The notes beneath the pieces were generated by a model. That model did not search any database and was not told where the DNA came from. It worked only from the letters and a program-made list of their open reading frames with translations. From a virus (taxonomy: Duplodnaviria > Heunggongvirae > Uroviricota > Caudoviricetes), in IMG/VR virus record IMGVR_UViG_3300048573_000453, positions 1 to 32,420 of that record: DNA of 32,420 bases. One strand, given 5' to 3'. The translations under genes and the position numbers were made by a program. This document shows positions 24,125 through 32,368 of the stretch, piece by piece; position 1 is the first letter of the stretch; each line of letters opens with the position of its first letter.

Positions 24125-24850
24125 TTACACTGTTTTCCGATACTTGTCAATCCCGGCTTTCACAATTGCAGCGAATTCTACGTACCATGATTCAGGCAAC
24201 CCAGTCTCTTTGACTGCGAATTCGCGATCGTCGTCAAACTCAATAGTATGCATGGAATCATCAGGCGCTTCGAGACTGACTTCGCCATCAAGAACCCTAA
24301 GATTGATAACCGCGAGGCGCTCAGGCGCAAGTCGCTCATCATTCATCAGAGTGACAGTCAAGTCAAGAAACGGGAACTTCTTGGCAACTTCTGACCACTC
24401 AGCATAGACCTGTTCAATTGACGGCCACTTACCAATGTTGTCTTCATAATGAATCCTACCATCGGGATGGCACCAACCATGAGGGCCATAGATGAAGCAG
24501 CTCGATCCCCAGTCAGTCGCAACGTATTCGTGAGCGAATACGCCAAGAATTTTCCGAAGTTCCTCTACTGCGTCCCAGTCCGTCTGGGGATCGGCAGCAT
24601 CGTGTGGTTCGCCGTCAACAACAAGAGTATCGAGACCAGAGATCTTGCGATAGTTTTCATTGAATTTTTTATCGTTGCCGCCAGAGTAACAGTAGGCATC
24701 AGTAAAAAATGGATCAGTACAAAAGATTATTTCTTTTGCTTGATCCACAGTCACATTCTTCCCAGTAACTAGCATCTGGGGCCACTTACCAAGACCATGC
24801 TTAGCAATGGTTTTGATTTTGATATTCAGTTCTTGTTCAGTCATTTGCAT
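24125..24850 (-). CDS. Hypothetical phage protein
   Basis: 241-aa ORF (GPHGWCHPDG, NIGKWPS) in an operon run. Confidence 0.7.
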   Translation of the reverse strand: MQMTEQELNIKIKTIAKHGLGKWPQMLVTGKNVTVDQAKEIIFCTDPFFTDAYCYSGGNDKKFNENYRKISGLDTLVVDGEPHDAADPQTDWDAVEELRKILGVFAHEYVATDWGSSCFIYGPHGWCHPDGRIHYEDNIGKWPSIEQVYAEWSEVAKKFPFLDLTVTLMNDERLAPERLAVINLRVLDGEVSLEAPDDSMHTIEFDDDREFAVKETGLPESWYVEFAAIVKAGIDKYRKTV

Positions 24851-24853
24851 ATT

Positions 24854-25375
24854 CTACTCCAGAAAATCGCATTTTACGCCACGTCTCTCAAGAAAATCCA
24901 GTCCTCTTCGATCTCGGTATTCTTCGCCATAAACAATACGAACAAATCCAGCAGAAAACATCATTCTGGAACATGGTACACAAGGTGACATTGTAACATA
25001 CATTGTTGCACCGACACAAGAGCTATTGCTTCGGGCCATTTTCATCAAACAGTTTTCTTCTGCATGAATGACATTATCTTTGGTCGTTAGATAATACTTG
25101 CCCTTTTCATCCTCAAATGGATAGTCCGTTGGATCTGGGATATACTGACCGCCCCAATGGTCATCGACTGGAACACCGGAATAATAAACCCTGTCTTCGC
25201 AGGTATTATTCTCTCCAGACGGGGTTCCATTAAACCCGATAGCAAGAATGTTGCCGTCTTTTTCCACAATTGAACCTACCTTACGCCTTTCGGCATAAGA
25301 CAGAAGTGCAGTGCGTTTTGCGACGTCCATAAAATAACGATCAAATTTTTCTTGCTTATCCATAACTAGCCCCAA
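24854..25375 (-). CDS. cd: dCMP deaminase
   Basis: KVGSIV, GFNGTPSG, HAEEN and SPCVPC zinc ligands, YGEEYRD. Confidence 0.92.
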   Translation of the reverse strand: MGLVMDKQEKFDRYFMDVAKRTALLSYAERRKVGSIVEKDGNILAIGFNGTPSGENNTCEDRVYYSGVPVDDHWGGQYIPDPTDYPFEDEKGKYYLTTKDNVIHAEENCLMKMARSNSSCVGATMYVTMSPCVPCSRMMFSAGFVRIVYGEEYRDRRGLDFLERRGVKCDFLE

Positions 25376-25376
25376 T

Positions 25377-25565
25377 TTAAAGCTTTAAGACGTCTAGTGT
25401 TTTTCTTGCCAGAATTTGGCATGCCTTACGATCTCGATTCCAAGTTCCGTCAGCTCGCTGATCAGTTGCAATTAACTCGAGAACATCCATGCAATGGCCC
25501 AATTTAATTTGAGCGGTAATCAATTCATGCGTGAGATGTTCTTTAGTTTCAGGTAATTCAAGCAT
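25377..25565 (-). CDS. Small hypothetical protein
   Basis: 62-aa ORF coupled to its neighbours. Confidence 0.6.
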   Translation of the reverse strand: MLELPETKEHLTHELITAQIKLGHCMDVLELIATDQRADGTWNRDRKACQILARKTLDVLKL

Positions 25566-25971
25566 GCTTATGTTCGATATAGGAAATCATGCTTTCAATC
25601 TCTTCAGAACATACTAGCACGCAGAACTTTTTAATTGCAATACTGGGCATTTGAATCTGGTCGGTAAACGTTCGAATGTATACAAGGGCACAGGCTGCCC
25701 GGGCAGTCTCAACCAAGGATGCTTCTGGATCATACAGATTCCATTCTACTTCAATACTTTTCCCGGTTGCCAAAGCTTCAGCAGCAGTTTTATTACCGAT
25801 ACTCTTACAGAAGTTTTCATCATCACGGCAGGCAGCGACTGCAATACGAATGTTTTTGCCAAAATTCAGTTCAAACACGAGAACGAATCCGCCTTTTGCA
25901 AAAAGTTGCCCGTCTTCATTACGGGGACGGACATGGCGAAAGACGGTTACGGTTTCTGTGGAATTTTTCAT
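25558..25971 (-). CDS. Hypothetical protein
   Basis: 137 aa, AACRDDENFCKSIG motif; first gene after the promoter at 26047. Confidence 0.65.
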   Translation of the reverse strand: MKNSTETVTVFRHVRPRNEDGQLFAKGGFVLVFELNFGKNIRIAVAACRDDENFCKSIGNKTAAEALATGKSIEVEWNLYDPEASLVETARAACALVYIRTFTDQIQMPSIAIKKFCVLVCSEEIESMISYIEHKHA

Positions 25972-26023
25972 GAGTGGCTTTCTTAAATGAGTTTGGTTAG
26001 GGGCAAGTTATTCGCATGGTTTA

Positions 26024-26031
26024 GGTAAATA
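26024..26031 (+). promoter_or_regulatory. Late promoter candidate for the ART gene
   Basis: GGTAAATA 43 nt upstream of ATG 26075. Confidence 0.35.
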
Positions 26032-26046
26032 ACTTAAACACGAGTT

Positions 26047-26055
26047 ATTATACCA
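26047..26055 (-). promoter_or_regulatory. Extended -10 early promoter
   Basis: TGGTATAAT. Confidence 0.6.
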
Positions 26056-26074
26056 CAGCAATTTTGGGAACTTC

Positions 26075-26851
26075 ATGAAACCGCAAAATATTTTTCTTTC
26101 TCTTAGCGAAGCCTACGAAACTGCAAAGTTTCCAAAAATTACGGTAAACGGAGTTCTTAAGCATGAGAATAATTCGCAAGGCAAACCTATACACCACACT
26201 TACGAAGGCATACAACACTTTTACAAATGGTTTGGCAAATCCAAGGCTGTTGATAAACATGGTCGCCCAGAAGTCTTTTACCACGGAACAAAAGCGGAAA
26301 TTCAAGCTTTTTCGAATGCTTTTATTGGCAAAGGAACAGATGCATATGGAATGGGCCATTATTTCATAAATGACCCAAACGCTGCGAGTGCTTATGCAAC
26401 AAATAATAATTTGGGAACTCCAAATGTGGTACCAGTTTACATCAAAATGGAGTCGCCAATAGTGTATGGCGATGACAGTTCGTTTTCTGCCTCAATAATT
26501 AAGAAACTGATTGTTGGTTCAAATAAGCATAAAGAGGTTTTAAATGATTTTGGCGAAGTCTCTAGAGAAGGACTTGAAAAGGTTTTAGCAAATGCAGTTT
26601 CTAATTATGAGGACTTCCCAAAATTGCAACAGATGTTTATGCTGTTTAACGATTTCTATGATGAACGGGATGCTGAAACGTTTGTTGCGAATCTTCAGAG
26701 AGCCTCTAAGCATGACGGGGTTTTAGTAAATTTTGGAACAAACACCATTTTGACCGTCTTTGATCCCGGGAATGTCAAGTCTGCTATTGGAAATCGTGGC
26801 ACTTATTCAAGAAAATCTCATGACTTATCAGAAGCAAGCAGAGCTGCATGA
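26075..26851 (+). CDS. ADP-ribosyltransferase-like protein (ART-PolyVal type)
   Basis: SKAVDKHGRPEVFYHGT, GMGHYF, A..YA, VPVYIKMESP, HDGVLV, VFDPGNVKSAIGNRGTYS match the ART domain of polyvalent proteins; isolated on + strand. Confidence 0.7.
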   Translation: MKPQNIFLSLSEAYETAKFPKITVNGVLKHENNSQGKPIHHTYEGIQHFYKWFGKSKAVDKHGRPEVFYHGTKAEIQAFSNAFIGKGTDAYGMGHYFINDPNAASAYATNNNLGTPNVVPVYIKMESPIVYGDDSSFSASIIKKLIVGSNKHKEVLNDFGEVSREGLEKVLANAVSNYEDFPKLQQMFMLFNDFYDERDAETFVANLQRASKHDGVLVNFGTNTILTVFDPGNVKSAIGNRGTYSRKSHDLSEASRAA

Positions 26852-27135
26852 ACAATGACCCTTCGGGTTGCCGCAACGGGATCATTACCGTGATCTTCAT
26901 GCAGTTCATCTCCGAGTTCTGAAAACCCAGAGCATGAGGAATAACCTTGATGTACGCCTACGATGAGGCCCAATTTAATTTGCAACTCAAATGCATCTGA
27001 ATTACAAGTTAATGGGTTCCAATGGAATGTATTGCCACCCTTCAAACATACAATTTTTCCATGCTGAATGGTAATCACAGGGTAGCCAAGCGACTTGGCT
27101 AAGGTCAGCAGAATTGTTTTACCTTGTTCGTTCAT
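26818..27135 (-). CDS. WNPL..D family small phage protein, paralog of 30486-30809
   Basis: HWNPLTCNSDAFELQIKL..AATRRVIVHAA; likely start MNEQ at 27135. Confidence 0.7.
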   Translation of the reverse strand: MNEQGKTILLTLAKSLGYPVITIQHGKIVCLKGGNTFHWNPLTCNSDAFELQIKLGLIVGVHQGYSSCSGFSELGDELHEDHGNDPVAATRRVIVHAALLASDKS

Positions 27136-27323
27136 TATTTTATCGACTATATGCATCACCCGCGACTGCGAAAACCGCGATAAATCCAACAAACGAAATA
27201 AACATTCGGATAGGAACATACCAGTTGAAAATGTTAAAATCGGCATGAGCAAATGCGCCTAAAAGATATATGCTCAGAATTGAAAATGCAAATATGACCA
27301 ATGTTTTCATTTTTGTACCTGAC

Positions 27324-27863
27324 TTAAAGTTCTAGTCCTAGAGCCAGTAGACCTTCTTGGTGATTACCTTCTGCTTGTGCGACAGCTTCGGCTCCTGCCA
27401 TGCCAGCAAAAGCTTTTGCATGAAACTCTTCATCTGGCAGTATTTTCTGAAATACGTCACGAATGTCCTGATCAATTCCAGAGTCTTCAGCCAGTGCCCT
27501 AATGCGATGAAGTCGCATCTCTTCAGCATGCGCCCCTGCAGCCATTAGCTGAGTCGCGGTCATTTCAATTTTCAGAATTGGTTCCCAGTAGCGAGTACCT
27601 TCATAAGTTGCTTCTGGTATCGGCATTCCTCTAGTCACAAGAAGTTCTTTTACCCATGAAGCATGTTTAGCTTCATCATCAGCAATGCGTTGCAAGATTG
27701 GTTTTTGCTTTTGTGGGGAAATAACAACCAGTTCCCGAATGCGGGATGCCGCAAGCATCTCCCCCACGTACTGTCGAGTCAGCCAATGGTTTAGTTTTTC
27801 AGTAGACTCTTTGATTGATGCTATCCAAGTTTCTACAGTTGTTGGAGTTTTGTTTATAGTCAT
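27324..27863 (-). CDS. Ferritin-like (di-iron carboxylate) protein
   Basis: Paired E..DEAKH and EE..DEEFH motifs in a four-helix pattern. Confidence 0.75.
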   Translation of the reverse strand: MTINKTPTTVETWIASIKESTEKLNHWLTRQYVGEMLAASRIRELVVISPQKQKPILQRIADDEAKHASWVKELLVTRGMPIPEATYEGTRYWEPILKIEMTATQLMAAGAHAEEMRLHRIRALAEDSGIDQDIRDVFQKILPDEEFHAKAFAGMAGAEAVAQAEGNHQEGLLALGLEL

Positions 27864-28052
27864 TTAGTTTCTTTCTTTACCATCCAAATAGCCACGCTGA
27901 TATGCGGAAATTTTTTCTTCTGTAATTTTTTCAAGGACAGACTTCAAAGCTTCTTCAGAATTGCAAACGTGGCAATCTTGCACATATGCGGCATCGCATT
28001 TTAGCAATGCGATCTCGTTCAAAGCAAATTCAATTGTTTCGATTGCGGTCAT
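27864..28052 (-). CDS. Small hypothetical protein
   Basis: 62-aa ORF, coupled. Confidence 0.55.
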   Translation of the reverse strand: MTAIETIEFALNEIALLKCDAAYVQDCHVCNSEEALKSVLEKITEEKISAYQRGYLDGKERN

Positions 28053-28582
28053 TCCTCCGCTCCTAACTGTCTGCGAACTTCAGCTTCGATGGCACGGCCA
28101 TAGGCGTGAACATTCGGTGGGGTGCTGATAGCAATGTCACTAATTTGCTCATCACTCAACCATGGCGGCGTTTTTTGTGCTGGGGGTGGGACAGCGTAGA
28201 CGGTGTGGCACTCATCGGCATTGTCAATATACGGTAACTCAGGGTGGCGATAGAACCAGTGCTGGTCTGCACATCCTGGGCGTTTCACTACCGTCACGCA
28301 CCCATATGGTTCCACCGGCTTCAGCGCAGCTTCACGCTGGCAGTTCAAGCAGCCGGCATCAGGAATAACTGCTTTCCATCCGCAATCATTGCACAATTCA
28401 AGTGCTTGTTGGTCATAAGTCACCGTAGCTATGCTTTGAAGCGCATTGCGAAGGTCTTTCACTGCCTGATCAAGTTTACAGCATTGAGAATCGCTCAGGA
28501 AGTCTCTGTCGTTATCGGCTTGGTCAATGTCCACTAGAACAGTTAGCGCCTGTTCCGCTGCTTTACGTAATTCACTCATCAT
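28049..28582 (-). CDS. Modular hypothetical protein
   Basis: LRKAAEQAL / CxxC..CxxC / AALKP / PAQ / LSDEQI..GRAIEAEVRRQ modules. Confidence 0.7.
   Translation of the reverse strand: MMSELRKAAEQALTVLVDIDQADNDRDFLSDSQCCKLDQAVKDLRNALQSIATVTYDQQALELCNDCGWKAVIPDAGCLNCQREAALKPVEPYGCVTVVKRPGCADQHWFYRHPELPYIDNADECHTVYAVPPPAQKTPPWLSDEQISDIAISTPPNVHAYGRAIEAEVRRQLGAEE
28085..28160. repeat. 76-bp near-identical module, copy 1
   Basis: 3 mismatches versus 29626-29701. Confidence 0.9.
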
Positions 28583-28718
28583 TCACCTCGTATTCAATGA
28601 CCATGTGCATAAAATAAACAACCCCTTGTGGTACGCCTTGCGCCCAATTTATCGCGGCGATGGTGGCTGCTGTGAGCGTGTCGCAGCCCATGCGTTTAAG
28701 GGCTTGGTAGCGCGTCAC
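28572..28718 (-). CDS. 48-aa hypothetical protein
   Basis: GTG start: MTRYQALKRMGCDTLTAATIAAINWAQGVPQGVVYFMHMVIEYEVNDE*; fills the gap; not in ORF track. Confidence 0.55.
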   Translation of the reverse strand: MTRYQALKRMGCDTLTAATIAAINWAQGVPQGVVYFMHMVIEYEVNDE

Positions 28719-28732
28719 TCAGGCCGCCCCGC

Positions 28733-29011
28733 TTACCATAAATCCTCCGAATAAAGTTCTGGTTCTGGATACCCACCGGGACGACGGTTTAGTTGACCAT
28801 TTACTGCAGCAAGCGCCATTGCCGCTTTTCGATTCAGGAACTCACCATTGTTCGTGATAAATCCCTGCACATCAGGACCATTAATACCGGTCCCTGTTTC
28901 TGTGGCAATATGGCGGATGACGTTGTGGTGGCGATTTGGCTTTGGTAAAGACCAAACCTTTCCGTCATACTTGACCGCCACCCCTGTTATTTGGGTGCTT
29001 TCATCCATCAT
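28733..29011 (-). CDS. Conserved small phage protein
   Basis: SLPKPNRHHNVI..QGFITNNGEFLNR..LYSEDLW. Confidence 0.7.
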   Translation of the reverse strand: MMDESTQITGVAVKYDGKVWSLPKPNRHHNVIRHIATETGTGINGPDVQGFITNNGEFLNRKAAMALAAVNGQLNRRPGGYPEPELYSEDLW

Positions 29012-29026
29012 TCTACTCCAAACTGT

Positions 29027-29581
29027 TTAATGTTTACTCGATGCGGCTTCCCATACGCGCCAGTAGTTCTGGATCTTCGGGCTGATGTATCGGCCGGCAT
29101 CCATCACTGCAATGTCGCCCATCTCAGATTTTACGAACTCCTCAAAGGCTTTGCGGTTTTGTGTCTCAGTCAACCGTTCTGGTGTTTGTGCTGGCGATGT
29201 TTTTGACATGCATCCGCTGTGCTCAGGCAAGCTTGGGTCATTGAACAGTTCAAGCAATTTAATTGCTTTTTTTACCATCGCATCAGGAACTTGTGCTGGT
29301 GGTGCAGCACGATAAAAAATTGCCACCTCATACAGGTTTGGCATGCCTTGAAAATCAAGGTATCTGCTCTCTTTGCATGTGCAGAAGTCATCAAGACCTT
29401 TGCGACGGAATGCGTAAACAGGCTTTAGCGCATCAGATGTTTGCTCCGGCTGCGCAGTGTAAAGAGGTATGCCCCTTGCGTATGCAGTTGGGTCAGTTGT
29501 GACACAAGATGCATTTGCAGGATGCATCCATGCCACCGGATCAGATTTGTGCGTCATTTCGATGATTTCACGTTGATTCAT
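29027..29581 (-). CDS. Modular hypothetical protein (PVAW..PLY modules)
   Basis: DPVAW..IPLY, LKPVY..FY, two PAQ junctions. Confidence 0.7.
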   Translation of the reverse strand: MNQREIIEMTHKSDPVAWMHPANASCVTTDPTAYARGIPLYTAQPEQTSDALKPVYAFRRKGLDDFCTCKESRYLDFQGMPNLYEVAIFYRAAPPAQVPDAMVKKAIKLLELFNDPSLPEHSGCMSKTSPAQTPERLTETQNRKAFEEFVKSEMGDIAVMDAGRYISPKIQNYWRVWEAASSKH

Positions 29582-29994
29582 TTATTTTGCCCCAAATTGT
29601 TAAACATTTGTTTACGCACTGCGGTTTCGATGGCACGACCATAGGCGTGAACATTCGGTGGGGTACTGATAGCAATGTCACTGATTTGCTCATCACTCAA
29701 CTGTGGCGGTGGTGTTTGTGCTGGTAGTGCGTCTAGGTATTGGTCTGGGTATCCATCACCGCAATGATTGCAAGGCTCCATGCTGAAGTTTTCAAAGCAC
29801 TTCATGCATTTATCCCATCCATGTGAAGGCTTCCAAGGGTACTTTGGGTTTCTCGTTTTACTGGCTACATTCCCCGGCTTCAGCGCAGCCTCAAGTGCGG
29901 TGCGCAACGCCTGACTTTTCTTTTTGCGTAAATGGTTTGGGGCGAATAAGAGATCGTTCACAAGCGCCATTAATTCGTCAATTTGCTTAGTCAT
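29578..29994 (-). CDS. Modular hypothetical protein
   Basis: QIDELM / LRTALEAALKP / CxxC..CxxC / PAQTP / LSDEQI..GRAIE. Confidence 0.7.
   Translation of the reverse strand: MTKQIDELMALVNDLLFAPNHLRKKKSQALRTALEAALKPGNVASKTRNPKYPWKPSHGWDKCMKCFENFSMEPCNHCGDGYPDQYLDALPAQTPPPQLSDEQISDIAISTPPNVHAYGRAIETAVRKQMFNNLGQNK
29626..29701. repeat. 76-bp near-identical module, copy 2
   Basis: Encodes LSDEQISDIAISTPPNVHAYGRAIE in both genes. Confidence 0.9.
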
Positions 29995-30482
29995 TTATTT
30001 TGCTCCAAACGCTGTTTACGCATTCCAATTTTGACAGCTTGGGTTGCTATCTCGGCAATCTGATCAATTTCCGCATCTGTCAAATGTAGCGGTTTTTGTG
30101 CTGCGCGAATACAACCCATATGTTCTCGGTGATACGTCATATAGCCGCAACATTCACAACGTACATCTTGCAAGTTGTGCTCTTTTACCATCGAATCCAA
30201 CTCTTTCAACCGCGATTGGCCTTCTTGGACACCAGGGAGCTCTGTTTGAGGTTCAGTATAGAGCGGGATTAGTTTTTGACCAGGAGAATGACGCTCTGCA
30301 TACCCCCTCGTTGCACTTAGTTGGCCGTGCTCATTTAGCCAAAATGCAGGTTCATGTTTCTCGGCTCGGTCAATAGCGCTACGTAATGCTGTGATTTCAA
30401 TATCAAATGAATAAATTCCAGAGTCGTGGTCAGCTAACACTAGCGCTTCTAGCGCCATTTTCATTACATCAATTTGTGTCAT
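29991..30482 (-). CDS. Modular hypothetical protein
   Basis: MKMALEAL / EPAFW..IPLY / CECCG / LTDAEIDQIA. Confidence 0.7.
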   Translation of the reverse strand: MTQIDVMKMALEALVLADHDSGIYSFDIEITALRSAIDRAEKHEPAFWLNEHGQLSATRGYAERHSPGQKLIPLYTEPQTELPGVQEGQSRLKELDSMVKEHNLQDVRCECCGYMTYHREHMGCIRAAQKPLHLTDAEIDQIAEIATQAVKIGMRKQRLEQNK

Positions 30483-30485
30483 AAT

Positions 30486-30809
30486 TTACTTTCTCCCGAG
30501 TTCGGCCGCAGCACGGACGATAGCGCGACGAGTAGCCGCTAGGTACTCGATTCGATTTGTCTCAGTGTACTCTAGGTCACTATGACCATCACCGACAATA
30601 GTCACCCCATTGCAAATCTTTAATTCCATATTCAGCTTTGCAGCCAACCTCAGTGCGTCACCATCATCAGTTAGTGGGTTCCAGTAGCGTTCAAAATAAC
30701 AATCTTGATTTACCCAACGCATACCTTTATGCGTTTCGACCGACCACCCATTAATTTCCCAATAACCAGCGGCTTTAGCAGCCAGCTCAAGTAATTCATA
30801 GTCTGTCAT
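30486..30809 (-). CDS. WNPL..DGD family small phage protein
   Basis: LLELAAKAAG..YWNPLTDDGDALRLAAKL..AATRRAIVRAAAE. Confidence 0.75.
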   Translation of the reverse strand: MTDYELLELAAKAAGYWEINGWSVETHKGMRWVNQDCYFERYWNPLTDDGDALRLAAKLNMELKICNGVTIVGDGHSDLEYTETNRIEYLAATRRAIVRAAAELGRK

Positions 30810-31007
30810 TTATTCCCCCTTAAAAATAGCAAACAACACTCGACATACAGCGGCAAAAACAATCAAGCCAAAAGTAAACGCCGGAGAAATGATCAAAAGG
30901 ATAACCGTTAATGTAATTACAACTATCAAAATTGAAATGAATAGTGATAGCCCCCCTATAAAAGACTCCGAGTCTTCGAGAACTTCTTGAATATTGTGCA
31001 GTTTCAT
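30810..31007 (-). CDS. Small membrane protein (2 TM)
   Basis: Long hydrophobic stretches. Confidence 0.6.
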   Translation of the reverse strand: MKLHNIQEVLEDSESFIGGLSLFISILIVVITLTVILLIISPAFTFGLIVFAAVCRVLFAIFKGE

Positions 31008-31061
31008 TGTATGAAGGGTTAATTAATTCGGAATTAAGCGAGATTGCCTGCGTGTAAAAGA

Positions 31062-31067
31062 ATTATA
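31062..31067 (-). promoter_or_regulatory. Putative -10 element
   Basis: GTGTATAAT upstream of the 31007 gene. Confidence 0.45.
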
Positions 31068-31103
31068 CACTGTTGTTGACACTGTCGGTCGCTAGCTCAG
31101 AAA

Positions 31104-31658
31104 TTATTTAGTAAAAGGGTTTTCTCCTTTGACTGCATGCTTTTCATTATTTCCTAAGTCACAACCTGGTTCCCACTCGCCAGGGCAATCACTAAGCAGT
31201 CGTTGCTTACACATGCATAGTTCTGAACTACTTGGGAAAGGTAGCACATCACGATGGATTAATTTCATTTGGCTGGTATTGTCAAGTGCTTTACTCACAG
31301 AAGGCGTGTCGAATCTGCCACAGTCATTTGCAAGAACTGCTATAACTTGGTAACTTTGCGCAATAATCTGCTGAAGCTCATCTGTTACTTGAGTTAGATG
31401 AACATCTTTAAGTTCGCCATTTTTAGGAAGTATTGTCTGGTTGGCAAAAATTTCGCCAAGATTTAGTAGAACATATGAGCTTTCAGTTTTAACCAGAGTT
31501 AAACCATTGTGCTTAATGGCGGCCAGAGCCCCTTGCAATTTTCTACTGTGCATCAGCAAAATTTCAATTTCAGCTTGTAGGCGGGCACGATTATGCGTAC
31601 CTTCTGTTTCATTCTTCCATTGATCTGCAATATTCATTAATTCATCAATTTTATTCAT
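31104..31658 (-). CDS. Modular hypothetical protein
   Basis: Starts NKIDELM like the 29994 gene; C-terminal CPGEWEPGCDLGNN. Confidence 0.65.
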   Translation of the reverse strand: MNKIDELMNIADQWKNETEGTHNRARLQAEIEILLMHSRKLQGALAAIKHNGLTLVKTESSYVLLNLGEIFANQTILPKNGELKDVHLTQVTDELQQIIAQSYQVIAVLANDCGRFDTPSVSKALDNTSQMKLIHRDVLPFPSSSELCMCKQRLLSDCPGEWEPGCDLGNNEKHAVKGENPFTK

Positions 31659-31923
31659 TTTGTAAACCTTAAATCAAAACATGAATCATATTCAAAAACA
31701 CCTGAATGCTCTTGAATATGACTCCGACTCCCTAAAGTCAGAACCATACTGTCTTTGATGTTTACTCTCGGAAGACGATCCTCAAGCTAGAAGTCCGTGC
31801 TCCATGTCGCTACCCATGGATACATTTTACCTATGGCGGACATAGCCAGCCATAGCGCCGAAGTGTGCTGTCTTTACTAGGGATTTGCAAAGTCAAGCAT
31901 GGCGGGACATGTTACCGGTACTT

Positions 31924-31932
31924 AGTATACCA
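31924..31932 (-). promoter_or_regulatory. Extended -10 promoter
   Basis: AAAATCGTGGTATACT, same upstream context as 6401 and 20203. Confidence 0.55.
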
Positions 31933-31945
31933 CGATTTTAGTGAT

Positions 31946-32368
31946 TTACTCTTTTCCTGTCAGTTTCTCGTATAGATGCTGTTCAAGAACGGCCCTAAGA
32001 TCTTCGATGTCACAAACCGAATATGATTTGCCACCATGCATGGTCACGTTTCGCATTCGTTTTGCCAGTTGACTAAACAGAATTCGATCATCAAGCCTTG
32101 AGAAAAGAAGATCAAATTCTCCTTCGCTAATATAACCTTCAGGTGCGGTTTTGGTTACATGCTCACAAAGTTCGTTTAAATCAGCTTCAGGAGTTCCAGG
32201 CCAAATTCCATCAATGATGGATTGAAGTCTTGCAACTTCATTCTCCAGGTCCATGATATGATCAGCAGCAGAAAGCAATAATTCAGAAGTTTCCTCCTGA
32301 TTCATTTTCTGAATTGTATTTTTGAGAATTAGAGAACTAATCTGAAGTTTTTCAACTAGGGATGTCAT
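31946..32368 (-). CDS. Hypothetical protein
   Basis: 140-aa ORF, LLLSAADHIMDLENEV coiled segment. Confidence 0.65.
   Translation of the reverse strand: MTSLVEKLQISSLILKNTIQKMNQEETSELLLSAADHIMDLENEVARLQSIIDGIWPGTPEADLNELCEHVTKTAPEGYISEGEFDLLFSRLDDRILFSQLAKRMRNVTMHGGKSYSVCDIEDLRAVLEQHLYEKLTGKE

Noticed and set aside
20005-31900. Alternative genetic code (stop-codon reassignment) explaining in-frame stops
   Set aside because: The interrupting stops include TAA, and clear genes end in TAG (dam 1733, LRR7 12553, phosphatase 20240), TGA and TAA at expected positions
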